NCBI GenBank assembly: GCA_041659685.1
Contig: JBAZXV010000004.1
Span: 6,355-70,354 of the forward strand
Source: Parcubacteria group bacterium
GTDB taxonomy: Bacteria; Patescibacteriota; Minisyncoccia; Moranbacterales; UBA11712
Reading direction: 5' to 3'
DNA length: 64,000 nucleotides
The notes under the pieces were generated by a model, which saw only the letters and a program-made list of their open reading frames with translations, made no database searches and was not told where the DNA came from. Positions 36,586-47,239 of this stretch are shown in pieces. The position numbers were made by a program, and so were the translations under genes. Position 1 is the first letter of the stretch, and the number at the start of each line of letters is the position of its first letter.

Positions 36586-37656
36586 ATGATCCGCGAACCA
36601 TTTTACGATCCGAAAAAAAACTACGAAGAAAATTATGAAAAAGGACCGTTTGGCGCCTTTCAAAACCCGGAAAAGTTTCAAAATCAGGGAGAGCCGCAAT
36701 CCGGCTTTCTTGGCAATAAAGCATATCTCCCTTTCGGCATTCCGGCCGGGCCGCTTCTCAACGGGCGCTTCGTGAAAGCAGCGCTTGATATGGGTTTTGA
36801 TATTGCCGTTTATAAGACCGTCCGCACCCAATCTTATCCCTGCAACGCTTTTCCGAATGTCGTGGCGGTTGATCTGGGTGGAAATTTATCCCTTGAACAA
36901 GCTAAAAAAGGTATAACATCAAAAGACAATTACGCGGATCCGCTTTCGATTACCAATTCTTTCGGAGTCCCTTCCTACGATGTCGAAACCTGGCAAAAGG
37001 ACCTTGCCGACGCGGTGGCTTATGCGGGAAAGGGACAAATCGTCGTCGGCAGTTTTCAGGGAACAAAAAAAGGAGACGGAAATATTGACGCGTTTGTTTC
37101 GGATTTCGTACTGGCGGCGCGGCTCGTGAAGGAAACCGGCGCAAAAGTTCTCGAAGTGAATTTTTCTTGTCCAAATGAAGGAACGGCGCACCTGATGTGT
37201 TTTGACGTGGCCATGGTTCAAAGAGTGAGCGAGGCGATAAAAAACGAAATCTGCAGCACGCCGCTTGTGATAAAAATCGCCTATTACGAAAATCAGGATG
37301 CTCTCAAAAAATTGATTCAGGACGTCGGAAATATCGTGGACGGAATTTCAGCCATCAACACGATCGGCGCGGCGGTCAGAAAGGAAAACGGTGAGCAGGC
37401 GCTTCCCGGAGAAGGGCGGCTTGTGAGCGGCGTTTGCGGCGAGGCGATCAAATGGGCAGGACTTGACCAAACAAAGCGGCTCAAGGATCTCCGCGACGAA
37501 CTTGGGATGAAATTCGCGATTATCGGAGTCGGGGGAGTTTCGAGCGCCGAAGATTATAAAAAATACAGGGATGCGGGAGCGGACGCGGTGATGTCGGCGA
37601 CAGGCGCGATGTGGAATCCGTTTCTTGCGCAGGAAATTAAAAAGAGCGCAGAATAA
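36586..37656 (+). CDS. Dihydroorotate dehydrogenase-like FMN enzyme
   Basis: PAGP, YKT, TNSFG, EVNFSCPN, AINT, SGVCG, IIGVGG. Confidence 0.82.
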   Translation: MIREPFYDPKKNYEENYEKGPFGAFQNPEKFQNQGEPQSGFLGNKAYLPFGIPAGPLLNGRFVKAALDMGFDIAVYKTVRTQSYPCNAFPNVVAVDLGGNLSLEQAKKGITSKDNYADPLSITNSFGVPSYDVETWQKDLADAVAYAGKGQIVVGSFQGTKKGDGNIDAFVSDFVLAARLVKETGAKVLEVNFSCPNEGTAHLMCFDVAMVQRVSEAIKNEICSTPLVIKIAYYENQDALKKLIQDVGNIVDGISAINTIGAAVRKENGEQALPGEGRLVSGVCGEAIKWAGLDQTKRLKDLRDELGMKFAIIGVGGVSSAEDYKKYRDAGADAVMSATGAMWNPFLAQEIKKSAE

Positions 37657-37734
37657 TATTTTCAACATTTTTCCAAGCGGATGAAGAAAATCCAATTATT
37701 TACGTATTGATATGTATTACAAAAAAATCTTTCT

Positions 37735-38709
37735 ATGGATGTCATCGAAGTAAGAAAACTTCAAAAGAAATTTGATTCCGTCGTTGCGGTTGACGGGATT
37801 TCTTTTTCGGTAGAAAAGGGAGAGATTTTCGGTTTTCTCGGCCCGAACGGGGCAGGGAAGTCGACAACCATCAATATACTGTGCACTCTTCTTGATCCGA
37901 CCGGCGGCGATGCAATAATAAACGGTTTTAATATCCTCAATGACCGCGACAATGTCAGGAGATCAATCGGACTTGTTTTTCAGGATCCGTCCCTCGATGA
38001 CCGGCTTACGGCGGAAGAAAATTTGCGGTTTCATGCAAAACTGTACGGAGTTTCAAAGGCCGACTACAGAGAAAGAGTCGACGAGGTTTTGGATCTGGTT
38101 GAACTTAAGGACCGAAGGCATGATCTCGTCCGGACTTTTTCAGGAGGAATGAAAAGGCGCCTTGAGATCGGCCGGGGTCTGATCCATTATCCGGCTGTGC
38201 TTTTTTTGGACGAACCCACCATCGGCCTTGATCCCCAGACGAGGGCCCACCTCTGGCAATATATTCTGAAGCTTAAAAACGAGAAAGGCATGACAATTTT
38301 CATGACGACGCACTATATGAACGAGGCTGAATATTGCGACCGGATCGCAATCATAGATCGGGGAAAGACTGTTGCGCTCGACACGCCCGATAACCTTAAG
38401 AAAAAAATTGGCGGTGATATCATAATCATGCAGAGTCTGGAAAAAGAGAAACTTGAGAAAGAACTTAAGGAAAAATATGATCTCAAAGTAAAGAGGGAAG
38501 GGGATAATCTGCAAATCGAAGTCGCGGACGCCGATACTTTCATGCCCAAGCTTTTTAATGAATTGGAGTCGAAAATCCAGTCCATTGAAATGAGGCGGCC
38601 GACTTTGGATGATGTGTTTCTTGATCTCACCGGACGCCGGATTCGCGACGAACACGCTTCCGAAAGAGACATGATGAGATCGCAAGTGCAGTTGCGGAGA
38701 AGAGGCTGA
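37735..38709 (+). CDS. ABC exporter ATP-binding subunit (DrrA-like)
   Basis: GPNGAGKST, FSGGMKRRLEI, FLDEPT, TTHYM. Confidence 0.95.
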   Translation: MDVIEVRKLQKKFDSVVAVDGISFSVEKGEIFGFLGPNGAGKSTTINILCTLLDPTGGDAIINGFNILNDRDNVRRSIGLVFQDPSLDDRLTAEENLRFHAKLYGVSKADYRERVDEVLDLVELKDRRHDLVRTFSGGMKRRLEIGRGLIHYPAVLFLDEPTIGLDPQTRAHLWQYILKLKNEKGMTIFMTTHYMNEAEYCDRIAIIDRGKTVALDTPDNLKKKIGGDIIIMQSLEKEKLEKELKEKYDLKVKREGDNLQIEVADADTFMPKLFNELESKIQSIEMRRPTLDDVFLDLTGRRIRDEHASERDMMRSQVQLRRRG

Positions 38710-38717
38710 CAAACAGA

Positions 38718-39557
38718 ATGGAGGAGGATAAAATTTTTGCCGGATCAAAACCGAATTTTACATATTCAAAATCGCATATGAATTTCACAGCTATCTACAC
38801 AATTTGGGAGAGAGAAATTATTCGCTACTGGCGCGACAAAGCCCGGATAATTTCGACTATTATCCAGCCGCTGACGTTTCTGGTTATTTTTGGCACGGGA
38901 CTGAGACAAACTTTGGCGACCGGGACATTGGGAATAGATTTTTTGAAATTCATGTACCCCGGGATTATCGCCATGAATGTCATGGGTGTCGCTTTTTTCT
39001 CAACAATTTCGACGGTCTGGGACCGGGAATTCGGATTTTTAAAGGAAATTTTGGTTGCTCCCGTTTCGAGAACTTCCATCGCGCTTGGAAAAGCGCTCGG
39101 CGCCACTACGGTGGCCTCCGGGCAAGCCTTGCTGCTTCTTATTCTTGCTCCTTTTCTTGGCATTACCCTGCACTTTATCTTAATCCCAAAACTGATATTT
39201 TTTATGATTCTTCTCGCCTTTTCCATTTCCGGCCTCGGACTTTTGATTTCTTCTCTTCTTAAATCTCTTGAAAGTTTCGGGCTTATAATGCAAATATTGA
39301 TTTTTCCGATGTTTTTTCTTTCCGGGGCATTTTTTCCCCTGACAGCTGTTCCGAATTGGATGAAGGCATTGGCTTCGATAAATCCGCTTACATATGGCGT
39401 GGATTCGCTGAGGGAAATAATTCTTAGCGATCAAATAACATCGGGCGAAGCGATGAAAATAATATTACACTCCCAGCCGGTGAATGCATTTTTTCTGCTG
39501 GCTTTTTCGGCGCTGATGATTCTGGCGGCCGTGGTCGCTTTCAATAAGAAAAATTGA
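38718..39557 (+). CDS. ABC-2 type permease
   Basis: DREFGFLKEILVAPVSR, PMFFLSGAFFP, NPLTYGVD. Confidence 0.93.
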   Translation: MEEDKIFAGSKPNFTYSKSHMNFTAIYTIWEREIIRYWRDKARIISTIIQPLTFLVIFGTGLRQTLATGTLGIDFLKFMYPGIIAMNVMGVAFFSTISTVWDREFGFLKEILVAPVSRTSIALGKALGATTVASGQALLLLILAPFLGITLHFILIPKLIFFMILLAFSISGLGLLISSLLKSLESFGLIMQILIFPMFFLSGAFFPLTAVPNWMKALASINPLTYGVDSLREIILSDQITSGEAMKIILHSQPVNAFFLLAFSALMILAAVVAFNKKN

Positions 39558-39735
39558 TTTTGAAAAAAACGAGCTATTTGTGCTTTAAAACAAGGCTTCA
39601 AAAGAGTCTTTTTTTATTTTAGCAAAGTTTCTGTCCTTGAATCGCGTATTATCTAAATCAGGAAGTCGGAACTTACTTAAAGGAGGCGCGTTTTTTCCGG
39701 GGTCAGAAAACAATATAAGGAAGGGTGATATATAA

Positions 39736-39972
39736 ATGAACGCAAGTGAAATCAGGTCAGTGTTTGGCGGCCAGGATACTCAGGCGATACGAAAACTGAT
39801 ACAATCCGTTGCGGAAAATGAAAATTGTTTCGATGTTTGTGTCAGCGGTAAAGGCTGCCTGAAATTCAAAGTCAGGATTCCGCTCACCGGAGTAACTGTT
39901 GCCCATACGATTTGCGGCCTCCCTTCAGACGTTGATATTAAAGGAGAATTCGGGTTGTTGGAGGCATGCTAG
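39736..39972 (+). CDS. Small orphan protein
   Basis: Purine-rich RBS, downstream hairpin, five Cys. Confidence 0.4.
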   Translation: MNASEIRSVFGGQDTQAIRKLIQSVAENENCFDVCVSGKGCLKFKVRIPLTGVTVAHTICGLPSDVDIKGEFGLLEAC

Positions 39973-40137
39973 CGCGACGTTAATTCCGGCAAGGCCAATA
40001 GTTCAGAGCCTCAACCATAATTGGAAGAGGCTCTCATCTTTTTTTGGTATGTTTTTGAAGGTTGCTGTGTTAAAATAAAAATATCGCAAATGCAGACAAT
40101 GGATGTATCTTTTCGGATATTTTTTAATCTTAGAAGA

Positions 40138-40830
40138 ATGGATAAAAAAATAATTATTTTAGCCTCGATTGTTTCTTTTTCCGCCGTGATACTGATCTAT
40201 AATCTTTACAGCATAGTCACCGTTAAGCAGACAGTTGTGGAAAATGCTCTTCCGGAAAAGGTTAAAAATATAGTGGAAAGCCAGGTGCTGCCGCAGGAAG
40301 AATTGCCTGATCCTCCGCCTCCCGCTTTCCAGCCGCCTTTGGACAGGGCCGGCGAGAGGATTACCAAAAAGAAATTTGGCCAATATATTACTCCTCAAAA
40401 TTCGCCTGTGAAACCGGAAAAATTCAGGGGATACCATACGGGGACGGATTTTGAAATTTTCCCGGAAGAGCTGAGCCTTGATGTTTCGGTAAAAGCGGTT
40501 TGCGACGGAAAAATAGCACTCAAAAAAACAGCCGCTGGATATGGCGGAGTTTTGGTTCAAACTTGCGAGCTGGACGGCGGGCCAGCTACCGTTGTTTATG
40601 GACATTTGAAACTTGCGAGCATTGAAAAAAAAGCCGGAGACGATTTATTAAAAGGCGAAGAGATCGGAATTCTCGGAAAAGCGTATAGCGCGGAAACGAA
40701 CGGCGAACGGAAACATTTGCATCTCAGCATTCATAGGGGCGCTTCAATTGACATTCGGGGTTATGTGCAAAAAGAATCCGAACTTTCAGGTTGGGTCGAT
40801 CTTTGCAGTCTTGAGTCAGTTTGCAATTAG
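40138..40830 (+). CDS. M23 family peptidase
   Basis: YHTGTD, YGHL, HLHLSI; N-terminal TM helix. Confidence 0.88.
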   Translation: MDKKIIILASIVSFSAVILIYNLYSIVTVKQTVVENALPEKVKNIVESQVLPQEELPDPPPPAFQPPLDRAGERITKKKFGQYITPQNSPVKPEKFRGYHTGTDFEIFPEELSLDVSVKAVCDGKIALKKTAAGYGGVLVQTCELDGGPATVVYGHLKLASIEKKAGDDLLKGEEIGILGKAYSAETNGERKHLHLSIHRGASIDIRGYVQKESELSGWVDLCSLESVCN

Positions 40831-40923
40831 CATCCCAAAGAGAAATACGTTGGAAAAAAAGCGGCGTTTCGCCGCGTTTTTTATTTATGCTATAATAAAA
40901 ACACATATAATCAAGAAATATAT

Positions 40924-41079
40924 ATGGCGAAAAATGCAACCCGAACCGGTTCGGTGAAAAAGCGCAACCAGGTTTGGAATCCAAAAAACAAGCGCTGGAC
41001 GAAGCGGTCTTCCGATTCGGGCCGCTTTATGGATCAAAAAGCAGATAAGAAACCGTTCAAAGGGGTAAGAAAAAAATGA
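40924..41079 (+). CDS. Small basic protein (51 aa)
   Basis: MAKN...Q..NPK..RW.KR...SGRFMDQK....PFKGVRK; TG-n-TATAAT upstream; below the ORF-track cutoff. Confidence 0.7.
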   Translation: MAKNATRTGSVKKRNQVWNPKNKRWTKRSSDSGRFMDQKADKKPFKGVRKK

Positions 41080-41158
41080 TTCTCTTTAATTTGCGGTTGG
41101 TGATAATCGATTGGAACAAAAAAATCGGAATAAGATTAACCGTTTTGAACAATAAATT

Positions 41159-41446
41159 ATGTCTGAAAATAAGGTTTTTACAAGCGAACAGGCAAGGGCT
41201 ATCGGAGAGCAATTGGGCGTAAAATGGGATAAATTCGACATTGAACAATTTCGGATGGGGATGGACGTTGAGCTTGAGCACGGGACAATAAACTCAAACA
41301 CAAATGTTTCAAATGACGACTCCATGACAACCGGAAAAATAGCTCTTGCCCATCTCGACGAATTTCCCGACTATTACACGCGTCTTCGCGAAATGGAGCA
41401 GGACGCGGAGAAATACTGGGAAGCAAAGACCGGCGGCGTTGAATAG
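41159..41446 (+). CDS. DUF5661-like protein
   Basis: GMDVELEHG, KIALAHL.EFPDYYTRL..ME. Confidence 0.8.
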   Translation: MSENKVFTSEQARAIGEQLGVKWDKFDIEQFRMGMDVELEHGTINSNTNVSNDDSMTTGKIALAHLDEFPDYYTRLREMEQDAEKYWEAKTGGVE

Positions 41447-41540
41447 CGCCTGAGAGATCGTTTCCGGAGTTTTCCGCCTTGTTATTCCCCGATTTTTGCA
41501 AAGAACGGCGAACAAAACCAATAAAAAATAATTTAAATAA

Positions 41541-43592
41541 ATGGAGGAAAAAATAAATCAAAAAAATAATCCCAAGTTCATTTTTGCGGTTTTGGCGTCG
41601 CTCGCTGTTATAGGGATACTCATTTTGGCTTTTCTCTGGACGCAAAGAATAACTCGAAGAGCGCCGGTTTCGGAAATCGAGCCGGTAAACAATCAAAAAG
41701 AGAAATTGACCGAAGTTAAAAAGTTCGCTTCGGAACAGGAATTTAAGGACTATCTTGAAAAAGCAAAAAATGTCTCGGTGTTTTCCAACGGAAGAGGCGG
41801 AGGATTAATGGAAATGAGCGCAAAAAGCACCGATAGCATCAACGTGCCCCAGGCAACCGGACTTGGTGCGGCGCCAAGCCGCGTTTCGGAAACGAACGTT
41901 CAGGTGGAAGGCATAGACGAACCGGACACAGTGAAAACAAACGGAAAGGAAATTTTTTTCTCGGTCGACAGGCCGGAAATAATGCCTCTTGACGACACCG
42001 CGGGGAGAACTGATGAATCAAGGGAACTATTTCCGCTGAGCCAGACCGGCGGGACGAAATCAATTGCAGCTTTCCCGCCAGAAAACTTAAAGGTGGACAG
42101 TAAAATAAACAGATCGGGAGATCTGCTCTTATCCGATAAGTATCTGATTGTCATTCCTTCCCAGCGATATTTTTGGTCTCAGGATTCCAGCCGGATATAC
42201 GGATACGACGCCTCGAATCCTGAAAATCCGAGAGAAATTTGGAATATGGAAATCAAGAAATCAAGTTCGATTGCCGGAGCGAGGTTTTACAAGGGGAAAA
42301 TATATTTGGCGATGAAAACTGATTTTTCCGAAAACGAATCCTGCCTTTTGGAGCCTCTAGCTCTGCAAGGCGTTCCGTTTTCCATAAAATGCACGGATAT
42401 TTACCGGCCTGCAACCGTAATTCCGGCTGAAGCAACTTATTCGACAGTGATCATAGATCCGGCTTCGGGAAAAATTGAAAAAAGCGTTTCCTTCGTAGGA
42501 TCAAGCGATTACACCGCTTCAACGGTTTATATGTCGCCTGAAGCTCTTTATGTCACTTATTATTTTCCCGGAGATTCAGTGAAAATTTTAGCTTCGTTTT
42601 TCTCGGAAAATGGAGACCTTGTGCCGGATTGGCTGGCTCAAAAACTGAAAAAGCTTGAAGGATACGACATTTCAAGCTCGGCCAAGATGACTGAAGTTTG
42701 GGAACTGATCGGACGGTTCCAGAATTCTCTTTCTGACGATGACCGAATGAGAATGCAAAACGAGATCTCAAACCGAATGGGAGATTTTCTCAAAAATCAT
42801 CGCCGCGATCTTGACAGTACGGGAATCGTAAAAATTGGCGCCGGCAGTCTGAATATCGAGGCGACTGGAAATGTTCCGGGAAAACTCCTTAATCAATTTT
42901 CTCTTGACGAATATCAGGGAGACCTCAGAGTCGCCACAACAGTCGGAGAGAATTTCCTTGGCTGGGGCCTGGGCGGAGCGCGCTCGAGCGAAACGGTGAA
43001 TGATGTCTATGTTCTCGGCGACAATATGAAAACGGAAGGTTCGGTTATAGATCTTGGGAAAGGCGAGCGGATATATTCCGTTCGGTTTATCGAAGACAAA
43101 GGTTATGTCGTGACCTTTAAGCAAGTCGATCCATTCTATGTTATTGATCTTTCCGATCCGATGAATCCGGAAAAAAAGGGCGAGCTCAAAATTCCGGGAT
43201 ATTCTTCCTATCTTCATCCGATCAGCAAAGAAAGGATCTTAGGAATCGGCGAAGAAGACAATCGGGTGAAGATATCTCTTTTCGACGTAAGTGTTCCGGC
43301 AAACCCGATCGAGATCGCAAAATATAATCTTAATGAATATTACTCCGAAATTTCCCAGACTCACCACGCTTTTCTTTTGGACGCAAAACATAAAATATTC
43401 TTTCTTCCAGGCGCAAAAGGAGGCTATGTTTTCTCCTATGCCGGCGATAAAATAAACCTGGCCAAAACAGTCTCAGAAAATCAAATCAAACGGGCGGTTT
43501 ATATAGACGACTATCTATATATGCTGGGGGATAACAAGCTTATTGTCTTGGATGAAAAGAATTGGGAAAAAACCGGCGATCTTGATTTATAA
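41541..43592 (+). CDS. Secreted beta-propeller domain protein
   Basis: SETNVQVEGIDEPD.VKT, LNQFSLDEY, GERIYSVRF, VTFKQVDP, GELKIPGYSSYLHP. Confidence 0.88.
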   Translation: MEEKINQKNNPKFIFAVLASLAVIGILILAFLWTQRITRRAPVSEIEPVNNQKEKLTEVKKFASEQEFKDYLEKAKNVSVFSNGRGGGLMEMSAKSTDSINVPQATGLGAAPSRVSETNVQVEGIDEPDTVKTNGKEIFFSVDRPEIMPLDDTAGRTDESRELFPLSQTGGTKSIAAFPPENLKVDSKINRSGDLLLSDKYLIVIPSQRYFWSQDSSRIYGYDASNPENPREIWNMEIKKSSSIAGARFYKGKIYLAMKTDFSENESCLLEPLALQGVPFSIKCTDIYRPATVIPAEATYSTVIIDPASGKIEKSVSFVGSSDYTASTVYMSPEALYVTYYFPGDSVKILASFFSENGDLVPDWLAQKLKKLEGYDISSSAKMTEVWELIGRFQNSLSDDDRMRMQNEISNRMGDFLKNHRRDLDSTGIVKIGAGSLNIEATGNVPGKLLNQFSLDEYQGDLRVATTVGENFLGWGLGGARSSETVNDVYVLGDNMKTEGSVIDLGKGERIYSVRFIEDKGYVVTFKQVDPFYVIDLSDPMNPEKKGELKIPGYSSYLHPISKERILGIGEEDNRVKISLFDVSVPANPIEIAKYNLNEYYSEISQTHHAFLLDAKHKIFFLPGAKGGYVFSYAGDKINLAKTVSENQIKRAVYIDDYLYMLGDNKLIVLDEKNWEKTGDLDL

Positions 43593-43750
43593 GAAAAATG
43601 CCTTTATAATGAATCGGTTTATCCCGCAATAGCATCGGGGAAGTAAATTTAGCGATGAACGTGGCATTTTGGAGGACTATTCTCCCTAAAAATAAAAATG
43701 CCAAACCCATGGGATATATCTGCACCTTCCTCTAGTTAAGATTTTTGCAA

Positions 43751-44335
43751 ATGATAGATAATAATAGTTGCGAAAAAAAAACAGATGAAGAACTGGTTGT
43801 CCTGGCGCTCAAGGATCAGGATTATTTTTCATGTCTCGTGGAGAGATACGAACCAAAGCTAAAGCGTTATATTCTGCGAATTTCAGCGTCGACCCAGGAA
43901 GACGCCGAAGATCTTCTTCAGGAGATATTCGTGAAAGTTTACCGCAACCTCAACGACTTCGATCCCGGCCTAAAATTTTCTTCCTGGATATACCGTATCG
44001 CCCATAACCAGGTGATCAGTCAATGGCGAAAGACAAGAGTTCGCCCGCAAGTACTAAAATTTGAAGCTGATGAAGATTTTTTGAAGTTTATCGCGACGGA
44101 TGAGGATTTGGCCCGCGATACGGAGAGAAAATTCACGGGAGAACAAGTGAGAGCCACAATTTCCGAATTAGATCCAAAATACCGGGAAGTTTTGGTTCTG
44201 AAATTTTTGGAGGGGAAAGACTATAAGGAAATTTCAGACATCCTTGAAAAACCTCTTGGAACGGTGGCAACTCTGATAAACAGAGCCAAGAAGCAGTTCC
44301 AGAAAATCAGTAATAAAAGGGGGATTAAGTTTTGA
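43751..44335 (+). CDS. ECF-type RNA polymerase sigma factor
   Basis: DAEDLLQEIF, FSSWIYRIAHN, YKEISDIL..PLGTV. Confidence 0.92.
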   Translation: MIDNNSCEKKTDEELVVLALKDQDYFSCLVERYEPKLKRYILRISASTQEDAEDLLQEIFVKVYRNLNDFDPGLKFSSWIYRIAHNQVISQWRKTRVRPQVLKFEADEDFLKFIATDEDLARDTERKFTGEQVRATISELDPKYREVLVLKFLEGKDYKEISDILEKPLGTVATLINRAKKQFQKISNKRGIKF

Positions 44336-44393
44336 TATGCATCCCGGGGCTGATCCTTGGGGTTTTCCTAAGGCTTAGCCTTAGGCAAAAACT

Positions 44394-45134
44394 ATGAAAA
44401 AGTTATGCGACAGAGTGCTTGATAAGATCAAGGAAGAAAAAATTTCTCCCAGGCCCCGATGGATTTTTTTGCTCCGCGACTGCTCGGTCTGGTCGGCTTT
44501 TATCTTTTCGGTCATCGTGGGAAGCCTGGCTTTTTGCATTATTTTGACCGTTGCTATGAACAGCGACTGGGATATTTATCAATATCTGGGACGAACCCCG
44601 TTTCAGCACATTATTTTTTCTCTTCCCTATCTTTGGATAATTATTCTGATTTTATTTTTTGGGCTGGCTTATTTCAATTACAAACACACAAAGAAGGGTT
44701 ATCAGTACCATGCCTTCACGATTTTCGGTCTGAGCATATTGAGCAGTGTCGTTTTTGGATCAATTTTTTCGGCCTCAGGGATCGGGATAAGGATAGACCG
44801 GTATCTCGACCGAAATATTCCGTCTTTTCAGGCAATGAACTGCTGCCAGATAAACGAAGGCTTTTGGGTTCAGCCGGAAAAGGGGCTTCTCGGAGGAACG
44901 GTGAAAAATGTTACTGATGAAAGAGATTTTAATCTGGAGGATTTTAACGGTTTTGTCTGGCTTGTTCATGAAGACGAGAACACACTCGAATTCGATCCGG
45001 TTCAAATCAGGGACGGTGAAGAAGTGAAAATTATCGGTGAAAAAGAGCGGGAAAACGTTTTTCTGGCGAAGGAAATCAGGCCTTGGCAGGGAAGGGGGCA
45101 GGCGCGCCCGATGCGATTTCGTTTGGACGACTAA
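44394..45134 (+). CDS. Membrane protein, probable anti-sigma factor
   Basis: Three TM helices plus a C-terminal OB-like segment; directly after the ECF gene. Confidence 0.6.
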   Translation: MKKLCDRVLDKIKEEKISPRPRWIFLLRDCSVWSAFIFSVIVGSLAFCIILTVAMNSDWDIYQYLGRTPFQHIIFSLPYLWIIILILFFGLAYFNYKHTKKGYQYHAFTIFGLSILSSVVFGSIFSASGIGIRIDRYLDRNIPSFQAMNCCQINEGFWVQPEKGLLGGTVKNVTDERDFNLEDFNGFVWLVHEDENTLEFDPVQIRDGEEVKIIGEKERENVFLAKEIRPWQGRGQARPMRFRLDD

Positions 45135-45420
45135 GTGTGAAAATAATAAGCTACGCGGTTTACTCCTTTTGCAGAAAATCGCGAGCGGCCGGACGATTAG
45201 CTGAATTCGATTAAACCCGCTTTTCGATAACGTAATATATTTCTGATTCGCTATTACAATAAACATAAGCATCCGTCAAATTAGATTGGCGGATTTTTTG
45301 CATCTTCCATTAATTTCATCCGGAAGGCAGCCTTCTTGTGCAATTTTCTAATTTCGCTCCGGAAGAAATTCCGGGGCAGATTCCTGGGGACGGCCAGTAT
45401 TATTGCGATTGAAAAATCTT

Positions 45421-45446
45421 TGAAAGCTGGAACGGCGGGATGCGTA
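45421..45446 (+). promoter_or_regulatory. Candidate ECF (SigW-like) promoter
   Basis: TGAAAG-N16-CGTA versus the consensus TGAAAC-N16-CGTA. Confidence 0.45.
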
Positions 45447-45528
45447 AAATATAGACGGAGCTGGCTGTTGCTTCGCGAGGCATAAACCGATAATAAATAA
45501 GTTATTTATTAAAAATTCATAAAAAAAT

Positions 45529-45927
45529 ATGCGAAAAAATTTTTTCTTTCCGGTCGGGGTTATTGCGCTGATTACCGCTTCGGGAGTTGCCTATTCAGCT
45601 TATGCCTATCAGGGCGATTCTGAACAGCGAGGTCCTAATTTTTCCGGTGTAAGGTATGAAGCGATGCAAAAAGCCTTTGAAAACAATGACTATAATTCCT
45701 GGAAAAATCTTATGAACGGCCGGGGAGTATCGGATGTAATAAATGAAGGAAATTTTAGCCGTTTTTCGGAAATGCACCGCCTGATGCTGGCAGGAAAATA
45801 TGACGAAGCCAATAAAATCCGCGAAGAACTCGGGCTTCAGCAAAGAGACAATGGAAACGGAAGGGCAGATAAAAGCCGGCGCGCAGGAAACAGGAATTGC
45901 AATTGCCCGCAAGTGAATAATTCATAA
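45529..45927 (+). CDS. Exported hypothetical protein
   Basis: Signal peptide ending AYA; terminator at 45952-45982. Confidence 0.7.
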   Translation: MRKNFFFPVGVIALITASGVAYSAYAYQGDSEQRGPNFSGVRYEAMQKAFENNDYNSWKNLMNGRGVSDVINEGNFSRFSEMHRLMLAGKYDEANKIREELGLQQRDNGNGRADKSRRAGNRNCNCPQVNNS

Positions 45928-46293
45928 ATTTTTACTAAATGACTTTTAAACAAGCACTCTGGATATTCCGGAGTGCTCTTTTGTTTGACAAGCAACATTA
46001 TTTTATTAATACTTTCATTAAGTAAATAAAAGAAAAATAAAGGAAAGAGGGCTTATTATTATGGCTGCAGAACGAATATCGCCAGGATGTCGGAAAATGG
46101 CAAGTCCTTGGAGGGGCTTTTCGGTGCCGGCTAGAGAATTTCTGTATCCTTCAATCCCTGAACCAATGAAATCAATTGACGGTGAGCAAGCGATCAGGAA
46201 TGAGCGTTGCGACGGAAAAGGGAACATCGGTCAGCAGATTTCCCGCGGCGCGCCTGTTTTTGGCTGTTAACCTGTTTCTTTAAGGAGGAAGTC

Positions 46294-46641
46294 ATGACTA
46301 CAGATGGGATTGGCTGTTTGCTAGATAAGCTCAATCATTTCTTATCTCCGCAAATGCTTGAGGTGGTCAGAAACTTATCTAGCGATATGGCGGCGCTGCG
46401 CCGGCTTGAAAGACCCTTGGAGGGCGATGAAGCCGAACGGGCCAAATTGTTTCTTCGGGGAAACTTGAAAGACCTTGTCGGCTTGCTGAGGGACATTGAG
46501 GCCTCCCTCATCACGGGACTTCCCTCGGACAGGTGGGCGGGTGTCGGTTCCGGATCCTGCGAATCGGATTTGGAAGAAAAACCGCCATCCCTGATCGTTT
46601 TTGACGAGACCAAGGTTCCGAAGGACCTTGGCACAGCGTAG
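46294..46641 (+). CDS. Hypothetical protein
   Basis: RBS AAGGAGG; shared hairpin terminator at 46676-46708. Confidence 0.5.
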   Translation: MTTDGIGCLLDKLNHFLSPQMLEVVRNLSSDMAALRRLERPLEGDEAERAKLFLRGNLKDLVGLLRDIEASLITGLPSDRWAGVGSGSCESDLEEKPPSLIVFDETKVPKDLGTA

Positions 46642-46727
46642 ACGTAGAAAAAAAAGGGGAAAAATGAATAAATCAAAGGGCAGGCCGAAACAAAGTAAGC
46701 CTGCCCTTCTCCATTTCTGGCTGAAAA

Positions 46728-46988
46728 TTACTCCTGCAAATTCTTCTTTTTTTCTTCAAACTCTTGTTTATTGATCTCGCCTTTCGCATATCTTTCCTTT
46801 AGGATTGCCATTGAATTGTCGCGGTTCTCCCTTTTTTCGGGAACATGTCTGACACCGCTCGAAGAGGATCTTACCAGGAAAATTATTCCGATAATGACCA
46901 AAATCCAAAATATCACCATAATCAGGCCGCCGAGCCCGAATAATCCAAGTCCGTAATGTCCGTTGAATCCGTTCATGTAATAATGCAT
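46728..46988 (-). CDS. SHOCT domain membrane protein
   Basis: TM helix plus ILKERYAKGEINKQEFEEKK. Confidence 0.88.
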   Translation of the reverse strand: MHYYMNGFNGHYGLGLFGLGGLIMVIFWILVIIGIIFLVRSSSSGVRHVPEKRENRDNSMAILKERYAKGEINKQEFEEKKKNLQE

Positions 46989-47239
46989 TTTTTTAGGTTA
47001 ATTGATTAATTCGCTTATTAATATTCATACGAAATTTAAGAGTCATATTTTTCAGCTGACTCCTTCATCGATTGGAATCGGGCGTTGAATAATGTGCGGA
47101 ATTGCCGCCGTAATTTTTGAAAGGCATCCATTTTTGCATCCGCCCGAGATGAAAAAATCAGGGCGGGGGCATAAAAAAATTCCCAAAGTTTCAATTTTTG
47201 GGAATCTTAGAAACTATACAAAATATTTTTATAATTTTT

